Shown here piece after piece: positions 1 through 12,069 of a stretch of DNA of 64,000 nucleotides (position 1 is its first letter; each line of letters opens with the position of its first letter). This DNA comes from Chiloscyllium plagiosum (taxonomy: Eukaryota). A program made the translations under genes and the position numbers. The stretch spans positions 88,077,424 to 88,141,423 of the forward strand of contig NC_057718.1 in NCBI RefSeq assembly GCF_004010195.1, read 5' to 3'. The notes beneath the pieces are model-generated. The model searched no databases, was not told where the DNA came from, and saw only the letters and a program-made list of their open reading frames with translations.

Positions 1-822
1 ATCTAGTCCCACCTGCCAGCACCCGGCCCATATCCCTCCAAATCCTTCCTATTCATATACCCATCCAAATGCCTCTTAAATGTTGCAATTGTACCAGCAT
101 CCACCACATCCTCTGGCAGCTCATTCCATACACGTACCACCCTCTGCATGAAAAAGTTGCCCATTAGGTCTCTTTTATATCTTTCCCCTCTCAACCTAAA
201 CCTATGCCCTTTAGTTCTGGACTCCCTGACCCCAGGGAAAAGACTTTGCCTATTTATCCTCTCCATGCCCCTCATAATTTTGTAAACCTCTAAGGTCACC
301 CCTCAGCCTCCGACGCTCCAGGGAAAACAGCCTCAGCCTCTCCCTGTAACTCAGATCCTCCAACCCTGGCAACATCCTTGTAAATCTTTTCTGAACTCTT
401 TCAAGTTTCACAACATCTTTCTGATAGGAAGGAGACCAGAATTGCATGCAATATTCCAACAGTGGCCTAACTAATGTCCTGTACAGCCGCAANNNNNNNN
501 NNNNNNNNNNNNNNNNNNNNNNNNNNNNNNNNNNNNNNNNNNNNNNNNNNNNNNNNNNNNNNNNNNNNNNNNNNNNNNNNNNNNNNNNNNNNNNNNNNNN
601 NNNNNNNNNNNNNNNNNNNNNNNNNNATGTAAATGACAAAAATTAGAGGGCCCAGCACCGATCCTTGTGGCACTCCACTGGTCACAGGCCTCCAGTCTGA
701 AAAACAATCCTCCACCACCACCCTCTGTCTTCTACCTTAGAGCCAGTTCTGTATCCAAATGGCTAGTTCTCCCTGTATTCCATGAGATCTAACCTTGCTA
801 AATAGTCTCCCATGGGGAACCT
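1..822 (-). mobile_element. CR1 LINE 3' fragment (RT C-terminus), with assembly gap 493-626
   Basis: Minus ORFs give [37 protein letters not shown] and RVVRVWNELP, typical of CR1 ORF2. Confidence 0.92.
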
Positions 823-824
823 TC

Positions 825-2682
825 ATATACTTAAAATGGAAATCAGGAGGGCAAAAAGGGGACATGAGATTGTTTTGGCAAATAGAATTAAGGAGAATCC
901 AAAGGGTTTTATAAATACATCAAGGACAAAAGGATAACTAGGGAGAGAATAGGGCCTAACAGAGATCAGCAAGGCAGCCTATGTGTGGAGCAGCAGGAGA
1001 TGGAGGTGATACTAAATGAGTATTTTGCATCAGTGTTTACTGTGGAGAAGGACAAGGAAGATATAGAATGTGGGGAAATAGATGGTGACATCTTGAAAAT
1101 GTCCATATTACAGAGGAGGTGGTGCTGGATGTCTTGAAACAGTTAAAGGTGGATAAATCCCCAGGATCTGATCAGGTGTGCCCTAGAACTCTGTGGGAAG
1201 CTAGGAAAGTGATTGCTGTGCCCCTTGCTGAGATAGTTGTATCACTAGTAGTCACAGGTGAAGTGCCAGAAGACTGGAGGTTGGCCATTATTTAAGAAAG
1301 GTGTTAAGGAAGAGCCAGGGAACTATAGACAGTGAGCCTGACCTCAGTGGTGGGCACGCTGTTGGAGGGAATCCTGAGGGACCGATTTACATGTATTTGG
1401 ATAGTCAACATGGCTTTGTGCATGGTAAATCATGTCTCATTTATTTGATTGAGTTTTTTGAAGATATAACAAAGAGGTTTGATGAGAGCAGAGCAGTGTA
1501 TGTGATCTATATGGCCTTCAGTAAGGTGTTCGACAAGGTTCCTCATGGGAGACTGGTTAGTAAGGGTAGATCTCCTGGAATACAGGGAGAGCTAGCCATT
1601 TGGATACAGAGCTGGCTAGATAGTAGAAGACAGAGGGTGGTGGTGGAGGGTTCTTTTCAGACTGGAGGTCTGTGACCAGTGATGTGCCACAAGGATTAGT
1701 GCTGAGGGTCCACTACTTTTCGTCATTCATATAAATGATTTGGATGTGAACGTAGGGGGTATAGTTAGTAAGTTTGCAGATGACACCAAAATTGGAGGTG
1801 TAGTGGATAACGGAAAAGATTACCTCAGATTACAACAGGATCTTGATCAGATGGGCCAGTGGGCTGAGGAGTGGCTGATGGAGTTTAATGTAGATAAATG
1901 TGAGGTGCTGCATTTTGGAAAAGCAAATCAGAGCAGGACTTATACACCTTAATGGTAAGGTCCTGGGATGTGTTGCTGAATAAAGAGACCTTGGAGTGCA
2001 GGTTCATAGCTCCTTGAAGGTAGGATTGCAGGTAGAAAGGGTAGTGAAGAAGATGTTTGGTATGCTTTCCTTTATTGGCCGGAGCATTGAGTATAGGAGT
2101 TGGGAAGTCATGTTGTGGCTGGGCAGGACATTGGTTCGGCCACTTTTGGAATATTGCATGCAATTCTGGTCGTCTTCCTATTGGAAGGATACTGTGAAAC
2201 TTGAAAGGGTTCAGAAAATTTTTACAAGCATGTTGCCAGGGTTGGAGGATTTGAGCTATAGGGAGAGGCTGAATAGGCTGGGGCAATTTCCCTGGAGCAC
2301 CAGAGGCTGAGGGGTGACCTTTATAGAGGTTTATAAAATCATGAGGGGCACAGATAGGATAAATAGACAAGGTCTTTTCCTGGGGTGGGGGAGTCCAGAA
2401 CTAGAGGTTTAGGGTGAGGGGGGAAAAGATATAAAAGGGACTTAATGGGCACTTTTTCACACAGGATGGTGCATGTATAGAATGAGCTGCCAGAGGAAGT
2501 GGTGGAGACTGGTACAATTACAACACTTTAAAAGGCATCTGAATGGGTATATGAATAGGAAGGGTTTAAGAGGGATATAGGCCAAGTGCTGGCAAGTGGG
2601 ACTAAGTTAGATTAGGATATCTGGACGGCATGGACGAGTTGGACCAAAGGGTCTGTTTCTGAGCTGTACGTCTCTGACTCTA
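825..2682 (+). mobile_element. CR1 LINE, 5'-truncated ORF2 plus 3' tail, degenerate
   Basis: [44 protein letters not shown] across frameshifts; ends ctctgactcta. Confidence 0.93.
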
Positions 2683-2683
2683 A

Positions 2684-2942
2684 ACATAGAACATAGAACA
2701 TTGCAGCGCAGTACAGGCACTTCGGCCCTCGATGTTGTGCCGACCTGTCATACCAATCTGAAGCCCATCTAACCTACATTATTCCATATACGTCCATATG
2801 TTTATCTAATGACAACTTAAATGTACTTAAAGTTGGCGAATCTACTACCGTTGCAGGCAAAGCATTCCATACCCTTACTGCTCTCTGAGTAAAGAAACTA
2901 CCTCTGACATCTGTCCTATATCTATCACCCCTCAATTTAAAG
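2684..2942 (-). mobile_element. CR1 3' end of a different subfamily, tail-to-tail with the previous copy
   Basis: (aacatag)n tail followed by reverse CR1 3' end; similar to 17548 onward. Confidence 0.75.
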
Positions 2943-5624
2943 AGATATGAAGTGGTTGGAAAGGAATTTCCTACACTATCATTTTGTAATATTTTCCTCC
3001 CACCTTTTTCCTTTTTGCCACTGTCTGGGAAATTACAACACTGGGGCCAGGAGAATCGATTGGCTATGATGATTTGGTCATTGTGATGTAGGGCAGGCTA
3101 AGTGTGCCTGAATGGACTTTTTCTGCCCTTCATTTATAATGTATCTGTCACTCATTTCAATATACTGAATCAATAACAACAAATGCTGTCTCTTGTTTTG
3201 ACTGCTTTGGTACTGCTTACTACATGGGAGATCAATGTATTGAAGTATCAAGGCTATCACATCAGTGGATTGATGTTTTAAATGCACCATATTTAGTACA
3301 ATGCCACTCTTGCTTGTTCAAGGCCAAGATGTCATTTGGGGCTTACTTGGGGAATACTTTGTTTTTCTCTGCTCTGTGTAAGAAGGCAGGGAATCATGTC
3401 CCACTGAAAGATTTAAACATAAGTCAAGCTGATAGGCCAGTCCAATAAAAGTAAAATAGATCCTGGAAATAAGGGGTTATGGAGGAGGGTGGGGCTGGAA
3501 ATCAATGTTGGAAAATCTCAGCCACTGACTGCATTGTGGAGAAGAAAAGTGCAATATTTCAAGTGCAATTGTCTGTTAGGAACTGAAGAGAGGTAGAAAG
3601 CTATGAAAAAATATTATTTTTTGTTAATTGTTTCTATCTCCAGATCTGGGCTTTTCTGATACTCCTGTGTAATAGAGGGAGTGCTGTGCTGTTGAAGCTA
3701 CAGCCTGTCTGATGATACGAAGCAGACAGGACCTGTTTTTACTTCGAGGAATGGTGAAGGCTCCCATATTGGTATTTGTGTGTAAGAACAGTTATTCCTG
3801 ATATCCTGGCCAACATCATCACATTGGTGGAACCTTGAGGACAAATTTGCTGCTGCTGCTTCCTACAGTCAAATGGTGACTCAGTATCAGTGCTTTAGCT
3901 GGTGTCTAGGGGTGTCCTGGGATTGAGACCTCCTCCATCAATGCAAATTAGCTTGTTCATTTCTTGAAGCTTTGCATGTCGGAAGAAAATTTTTTTAATT
4001 CTTTTTTTTGCCCAATTAAGCGATGCAGGTGAGCTCCCAAGAGAGTTAGCCACAGCACTTTGATTGGAATCAGGGCTTTGTTCCATCAAAGTAAGAGATG
4101 GTTAAAGTGTTGCCCATGGACACCATTTCTTCATTGTTTTCATTAATATGATCTTTAGGTTCTCTTGAGCTTTGACTTTAGATATTAGCTGATACTGCTG
4201 TTCATTTATTGTTAATTCACTAGCTCTAGAGCTTGGTTAATGTTTGTATTGCATTGTGATAAAAGTTGAAATAGAAGGAGTCATGCATGGATTACCTATT
4301 GCTGTTATTTTCACAAAGATCTATACAATTAATTTCATTGGATTGACAACGTTGTGCTTGCACCTATTGTCATGACTGTTTTGATACACTTTTTTTTATA
4401 GAAGTTCATTCATGTGGCATGGGTGCTGCTGACTGGGCCAGCATTTATTGCCTATCTTCAGTTTCCTTTGGAGATACTGGTGAGCTGCCTTTTTGCACCA
4501 CTGCAGTCTGTTTGGTGTCATTATATCTAATGTTACGAGAACAAAGTTTTAGAAATTTGACTAAGCAACAGAGGAGGAACTGTGACAGTGTTTCCATGCA
4601 TTTGCTGTCCTTGTTTAAAAGATACTACTGAAGGAACATTGAGTTCCTGCAATACATTTTGTAGATGTTATGCACTGCTACCACTCTGCATTGGTGGAGA
4701 GTGTGAATGTTGGTGGTTGAGGCTTTTTAATCAAATGGGCCTTTTTAGTCCTGGGTGGTGTGGAGCTGCTTGAATGTGGAGCTGCACTCATCCAAGCAAG
4801 TGGGCTTTATTCCGTCATACACAGGATTTATGCTTTGTATGTGGTAGACTTGTTTAGGGGAGAACTTGCTGCATGACTCCTTGCCTCTAATCAGCTGATG
4901 TAATCACTGTATTTTTAATGGCTAGTTGAGATCTGTTTCTGGGCTTCCTGATATGTGGATGATTCCACAGATTGAGTCAGCTGTCACACAGTAGACCTGC
5001 ATTTGACTCTGGCCTCCAAATCTAAAGATTTGTTTCCAGCCCAACGGTCTTCTGCATTACTGACTGCATTCTACAATTGCAGGTGTTATCTTTTAGTTTT
5101 AGACTAAAGGTCAAGGATTCATCTTTTCTTGCAGGTATAGGTTAAAAGATCCCTTTAGTAATGTTTGGAGAAGGAATGACTGTTCTTCCTGGTTAGTTGT
5201 ACATCATTGAACCTCGTTCTTCCGGTGTTTGGTATTAAAACAGAGAAATCTACCTATTCTGCACCCCAACAGTAAAATGGATGTGTCACTTAGTTTATCG
5301 AAGGAGAGTGTAATCAATCGACCAATGAAGTTGACCTACACAGTGGTGAGGATAGAGTCCTGCTGGACAGTGTAGACCTGCTTTGAATTTCAACTTGTTA
5401 CCAGGAATACGTCCAGGCTTTTTAGAACGCTGAAATCGTTTGCTTGATCTTTTGTGCTTTATAAAAGCACATGGGAGAATAGTTCACAGGAAGATGATTT
5501 GCATTTATATAATGCCCTCAATAGGGCTGAGTGCAGAAACACCATCAGTCACCATTTGGTGCCAAATCGCAGGAGAAGTTAGAACACATGACTTAAGAAA
5601 TTGGTAAAAGACAAAAGTCTTGTA

Positions 5625-5841
5625 ATTTTTTTTTAGATTAGATTAGATTACATTACATTACAGTGTGGAAACAGGCCCTTCGGCCCAACAAGTCCACACC
5701 GACCCGCCGAAGCGCAACCCACCCATACCCCTTACCTAACACTACGGGCAATTTAGCATGGCCAATTCACTTGACCTGTACATCTTTGGACTGTGGGAGG
5801 AAACCGGAGCACCCGGAGGAAACCCACGCCGACACGGGGAG
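5625..5841 (-). mobile_element. HE1-type SINE, 5'-truncated, with 10-bp TSD
   Basis: (ttaga)n tail; matches the other HE1 copies (27597, 40869); AAGTCTTGTA at 5615-5624 and 5842-5851. Confidence 0.85.
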
Positions 5842-7769
5842 AAGTCTTGTAGAACATTTTTTTAAAAAAGGGACCTGGAGAGGTTTAGGGTGCACATTCT
5901 TAAGTTCACATCCTAAACAACTGTGAGTAGATGAATGCCAAATCTAAACTTAGAGGGAAAGTTCTGGGTTTGGAGGAGAATAGTGGTATGAAAAAATTCG
6001 TAAATGAGGCTAATAATTTTAAAATGTTCCTTGATCAGGTGCCAGTATAGAAGGTTTGTGAGCATAATTGATGGGAGAATGTATCTTGGTGCAAGTTCAG
6101 ATATAGGCAAAAAAGACATTCCAATATTACAAGATAATTATCCATACACATGATTTCCAGACAAGAAGCCAATTATGTGAACGTCAATTGGAAGATTTGA
6201 CTGGTATACGCCTTTTGCTTTGACAGCATCAGAAGATTGCATTCAATGCTTTCATTACATAGTCCCTGATATCATAACCCCCTTTTAATTATGTGGATTT
6301 TACAAGAAGCTGTGGACCATTTAATGAGAGGCTGTCCAGATGTTACAGTTTTGGCATGAAGGTCTGAAATGCAGTAAAGGCTCATAAGTACCAGATGCTG
6401 TTTGCTGTTCAGATTTGTCAGGTGAACCCCCCCCCGCCAACACTTTTGGAATTTTCCCCAATGTCCTATCCAATATTGTTCGTACCTAAAGACTGCTGCT
6501 AAGAAAAGAGATACAGTTGAAGCTTTTAGTTTTGCTTACATTAAGATAATTTGAAGAATGCCAAATATTTAAAGCAAGCAACAAATTGTAATGCATAAAT
6601 GAGGGTGCTGAGTTGTCGGCCAAGTGCCGTCGCATTAGGGAGAGGAAATTCCACTTTTGTCTTTGGTGCCCAGCGACTTTCCAAATTGCAAGTTTTGGGA
6701 GAATAGCTCTGGACCTCTGAGGGGACTGATGTGTCACCTATGTCACTAAATAATTCGCTTATGTAACTTGCACCTAATTATTAATGGGGGCAGGAATGTA
6801 CTGTTTTGTTAAGGTGCTGTTTTCTTTAAGTCTCTTAAATGGATATTCCTCTACCACTCTAAGCAAAAATAGTCAGTTGCATCTAGTTGAGGAAAGAGGG
6901 ATAGTGGCAGCTTCCATCCACAAACTGTCATTTTTGTTCTGCATTTTCTTCTTTGCATTGGTCCAGATGAGTAGACAATCTGTTCCTGCATCTATACAAA
7001 TGCTGCTCTGTCCATTGGATTTTTTTGTCAGAAGACTCACCGTTTAATAAACCCAGACTTCAAGACCTTTTCATAAAGATCTTATGTAAATGCTATTGGA
7101 TAAGTGTAAGGCAGTGAATGTTCTGGGCGAAACAGGACAATAAAAAGAAGTACTATACGAAGTGCTGGAAATGATCAGTCGACTTCCGCATCTATGGAGA
7201 GAGCATAAGGTTAACATTTCCAGTCAATGACCTTCCATCGACTGGGAAAAGTTAAAAATGTAACAACAAATTTTAAGCAAGTACAAAAGAGAGGTGGAAG
7301 TGATGGGGAAGATGAGAAAGGAAACTCTGCTTGGGTTCAAGCCAGGAGAAATTAAATTACAAAAGATGCCAATGGAAAACAAAAGGTTGCAGTGATGGAG
7401 TAAATAAAAACAAAAGGTGTCTGCTAGAAGTGCTCATGGGTAAAATAGAATCCTCACAGACGGCAGGCTTTCAAACCAGGGCGAAATCATGAAACAAGCT
7501 GAATGAATGATTAGAATAGTCAGGTGCCAATTAAGCCATCTTGAATTAGAAGCGTCTCAATGGTTTAGATAAGTCCCATCAGAAAGGGAAACTCAAAACC
7601 CCAATGATCAAAACAATACTTCCTACTGATGGATCAATGATGGCCAAGGTATAATTCTGATGAATGCAAGACCTTCTACATGTTGGATGCTATTTGCATG
7701 AATCGGAAGAAATTCTGAGTTCCAGGAAAAAATGTAAATATCAAGTTTAGTTTGAGTTATTAGAAAGTG

Positions 7770-8030
7770 AATTGAATTGAATTTACTGTCACATGTACAA
7801 GGCACAGTGAAAAGCTTTGTCTTGCAAACATTACAGGCAGATCGCATAGTTAAGTAGCATCGATAAGTAAATAATAGGTAAACAGCGACAAAAACACAAG
7901 TACAGGCGAATGTTAAGAGTTTGAGTCCATTCCATATTCTAACAACAATAGGGTAGAAACTGTTTCAAGACCGGCTGGTGGGTGTGTTCAGGCTTCTGTA
8001 CCTTCTTCCCTGATGGTCGAGATTGTAGAA
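7770..8030 (-). mobile_element. Rex1/Babar-like LINE 3' end
   Basis: Reverse strand encodes a GRRYRSLNT..SR..NSFYP-like C-terminus followed by a (attca)n-type tail. Confidence 0.6.
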
Positions 8031-9904
8031 AGTGAATAGACAGTTGAATAATTACCAGACCAGCAGAAATAAACTTCCGTTTCTATAAAGTTTTTCATAA
8101 TATCAAGGCACTTGGATACAGTACAGCCAATCAATACTTTTTTGAAGTCTGGTCTCTGGCATTTAGGAAATGTAGCAGCCAAATTACACAAAACAAGGTT
8201 CTATAAACAGGAAGGCAGTGATAGGCCAGATGTTATCCCAGAAACCCTTTTCTTTTGGAATACTGCTGTGGTATTGTTCATTTCTAATGGAGCCCAATGG
8301 TATTCTGGTTTAATACCTCATCTGATCATCATGTTGACATGGAGTGGAGTAGACTCAGTCCTCTGACTCAAATGTGGACTTTAGTACTGCCAATATCATG
8401 GATCATCCTCTACCTGCATGGGGAATTGGTCAAAGGAAGCAAACTGGAGCAGAGAGTAGCTTTGCTCTTCATCCCTCTGCAATTGAATTTTCTCACTGGG
8501 AGAAGTTGTGTATTGAGGTTGTAGGGGTAATTGAGGACCTTGAACACTTACCTGTCTGAATAGAGCATGACATTTGATGCACTGTGCCAATGGATCCCAA
8601 AAGGAAAATCTCCAATTGAGTCTGTCCAAAAGCAATGTTGTCATTCAACTACAGGTGGATCATTGTATTATATGTTAATTTCTGATTTAGAGTGCAGCTG
8701 TTTCCAGTTTAGTAGGCCTTGGTAATTCTGTAGAGAAAGGAGTGGGAACATGTAGAAAGGGTATATAGACATTGAGTTGACCTTTTGATTTTGGATGTTT
8801 GAGACCTGAGGAAAACTAACAGCTCTGACCCTTTCCTTTTAAAGGTGTCACATGATAGGAACCTTTTTTGAGATCTATAAATCTACCAGTAAGTAGAAAA
8901 TAAAAGTTTGTTTCAGTATTATTATGCTAAGGCAATTTCTCAGAACAAAACTACAAGATTGGAAACTAGAAAATGTTTAGAATTTTGGTTAGACCATGTT
9001 TAGAATCCTTGCACAATTCTGATCTTCACTTTAAAGAAAAAAAAGGAAATACCAGAGAATTTGGAAGAACATATTTGCAAAAACTATACCACAACCAACA
9101 GATAACCATCTTGACAGATTAAATAGGTTAGTGCTGCCTCTGAAGGAAACAAAAGGCTAAGGGTTGACTTGATAAAGGTTTTGAAAAGTTATGAAGTAGT
9201 TTGTTAGTTGATACTGAGCATAAATATTGTTACAGTTCACTGGAGTAGTGCACTTGAAAACTAGCCCTGCTATTCCTGGACTTGAAATAAAAGTTCAGGA
9301 TTTTATAAAGCATCCAAAATTCTCCAATATACCTGAATTTCAGATCCAGATTAATTAAGAAGTGCACAGCAAATTCTGCACTGAAGAATCACTATTTATT
9401 GCAAGTAGTTAGACTCTAGCTGCAGCTAAGGATTTATAAACCATTGGCACACAACGCTACTAATTTAAAAACTCTTCCTTACTTGCAGACAAACACCTAG
9501 ATTTAAAAATAGGTTAGGACAGAGGGCAAAATTGGGATGTCAATTCAGTAGGAGAAAGTGAGGACTGCAGATACAGGAGATCAGAGTTGTGTATGTGCTG
9601 GACCACACATCTGATACCAAAGTCAATTCAGTAGTCTTTGTTACCAGGTTATGTTGTCGAGATGATTCTTATTCTACTGCTGTGCAGCACTTCAGTCACT
9701 TTCTCTGGATACTTCTGCTATTTGGTATAGGGTAAATGTATCAATGTCTCTGATTTATCAGTTTAAAGTCATAGCTACAACTGTCACAGGAAAGAAACTG
9801 TTTTCTTTTGGGTTTAGTGAGTTTTGTCTGCAGACAGTGTGCCCTCCTGAGCTGGTGAAGAATTGAACTCCCCTCATTCTTTCTGTAAATTGTTCCCAGC
9901 TACC

Positions 9905-10770
9905 TGGATTACACTTCTTCCCATCCTACCTCCTGCAAAAATGCTATCCCACATTCCCAATTACTCCGCCTCAGCAGTATCTGCTCCCAGGAGGACCAGT
10001 TCCACCATAGAACATACCACATGGCCTCCTTCTTTAAAGACCACAATTTCCCTTCCCACGTGGTTGAAGATGCCCTCTTATGGATCTCATCCACATCCTG
10101 CACCTCCGCCCTCAAACTCCACCCCTCCAACCGTAACAAGGACAGAACTCCCCTGGTCCCAACCTTCATGTAAACCGCATCGTCCGCCGACATTTCTGCC
10201 ACCTCCCAAATGGACCCCATCAGCAGGGATATGACCTCCATCCAAGGCCCTAAAGGAGCCTTCCACATCCATCAAAGTTTCACCTGCACATTCACCAATG
10301 TCATTTATTGTATCTGTTGCTCCTGACGTGGTCTCCTCTACACTGGGGAGACTGGACACTTTATCTCACAGAGAGCTTTAGGGAGCATCTCCGGGACACC
10401 CGCACCAATCAACCCCACCATCTCATGGCCCAACATTTCAACTCCCCCTCCCACTCTGCCGAGGACATGCAGGTCCTGGGTCTCCTCCACCGCCACTCCC
10501 TCACTACCCGACTTTTCCGCCTACGAACACTTCAACTCCAGGTCTTCAATGTGGATTTCACCAGTTTCCTTATTTTATTTCCTCCCCCTTCCCCTCCCTA
10601 TTGTACTCTTTTGTTACCTTCTCCCCAGCCCCACTCCACTCCCATTTATCTCTCCAACCTGGAGGCTCCCTGCCTTCGATCCTGATGAAGGGCTTTTGCC
10701 TGAAACATCTATTTTCCTGCTCCTCGGATGCTGCCTGACCAGCTGTGCTTTTCCAGCACCACTCTGATCT
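9905..10770 (+). mobile_element. Penelope-like retroelement 3' fragment (RT end, GIY-YIG endonuclease, terminal repeat with hammerhead core)
   Basis: DYTSSHP..CKNAIP, NVIYCICCS..LLYTGET, FREHLRD...[17 protein letters not shown] at 10682-10688, then GGGCTTTTGCCT-GAAAC. Confidence 0.85.
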
Positions 10771-11968
10771 AGACCCAACTCAAAGCTGCTCAGTTACCTG
10801 AGAACCAAACAAACAAAAGGTCTGCCATTGATAATAGGTCCTTAGTCTATGATCAATCAAATTGTTACTGGCAAAAGGTGCATATTACACTCCTTTTGTC
10901 TCCAAATTGTTTACAACTCCAATTGTAGTTATTACTTATTCAAACTGTTGTTTACATGCTGCTTGCCATGGGTGTCAGGTTACTTCCTTTTCAAAACGAC
11001 ATCCACCCTTTTAAGCTGGTCTTTCTCATTTTAAGTCTACCATGTTTTTAAAGCTAGTCATAAATATGAAGGTTAGTTAGCCAGTGCATCAATAAAGGAT
11101 TCAGGAAAAATCTGATTTGCTAAAGGATGGTGAGATTGTGAAGTTTGCTACCACATTGACTGACTAGTTGGAATGAGTAGCAAAGATGTGCTTCAGGGAA
11201 AGTTAGGTAAGTACGAGAGAGCAGACAATAGAAGCGTATGGCAATTGGGTTAATGGAGTAGAACAGGAGGTAACTTGTGGGAAGCACAGGCACTGACATA
11301 GACTAATTATGCCAATTGGCCTGTGCCAGTATAAAATGCAATGCAAATTCGGTTCTTAATATTAGGAAGTACCACACCACAAAGCAATGCTTCTAAATTG
11401 GCATCAACATGGGAAAAGAAATGAATGTTTTGGTTGTTTGGTAGTGCAGACTTTTTACTGAAGGAAGCTTTTTATTTTGCATTTCAAAAATGTACGGATG
11501 CAAGAAAACCAAATTTCAAAGGGAGAAACCATTTTGTTCTGCATGAGAAAAGGGCGGTTGTGTGGCAATTTCAACACAACTGATGAGTTAATACGGGGAA
11601 TGAAACAGGAAGCAATTGTCATAGAGTCATAGAGCTGTACGGCACAGAAACAGACCCTGTCTCCAAAATGTTTCATTCAATTAAAAAATGCAACACTCAA
11701 ATGTGCTTTTTTTTCTGCAGCAGATTAGTTCCTGTGTATGAAATATGTGCAGCTTTTTGCTAGTGTAAGTGAGCCACATTGAGCCCAATTGATCCCCTAG
11801 TGACTGATTTAAAAGTAATTTTTTGTGCACTCTGGTATGAATTAAGGAATTTTTTTCGTTGATGATGAACTGAGAAAAAGAGTTGAAAGAATGCGAGTGC
11901 GTTTGAACTAGATGACATCACCTATGTCTTGCAACTAGACTATAAACTTGATTCTCTTGTGCTCTTAG

Positions 11969-12069
11969 GACTATCTTGACTGCATCACTGACCAATCACA
12001 ACTCCCACTGGGGACAGAAGAACGCTTGGCTCTGTTTGGAAACATCCGAGATATCTATCGATTTAATAG
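11969..12069 (+). CDS. PLEKHG1: PLEKHG1 exon (DH domain): [33 protein letters not shown](S)
   Basis: ctcttag|GAC ... AATAG|gtgagt; 101 nt, phase 0 to 2. Confidence 0.95.

Noticed and set aside
493..626. Apparent deletion in the first CR1 copy
   Set aside because: The homologous stretch in the plus copy is about 380 bp against 134 N here, but gap lengths are estimates, so a deletion cannot be inferred.
1301..2310. RT-like ORFs as an active LINE or domesticated gene
   Set aside because: Broken by frameshifts and stops, 5'-truncated, and lacking the endonuclease.
2950..11960. Upstream PLEKHG1 exon encoding the start of the DH domain
   Set aside because: I found no matching frame with splice sites. 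It is probably upstream of the window, though I may have missed a small exon.
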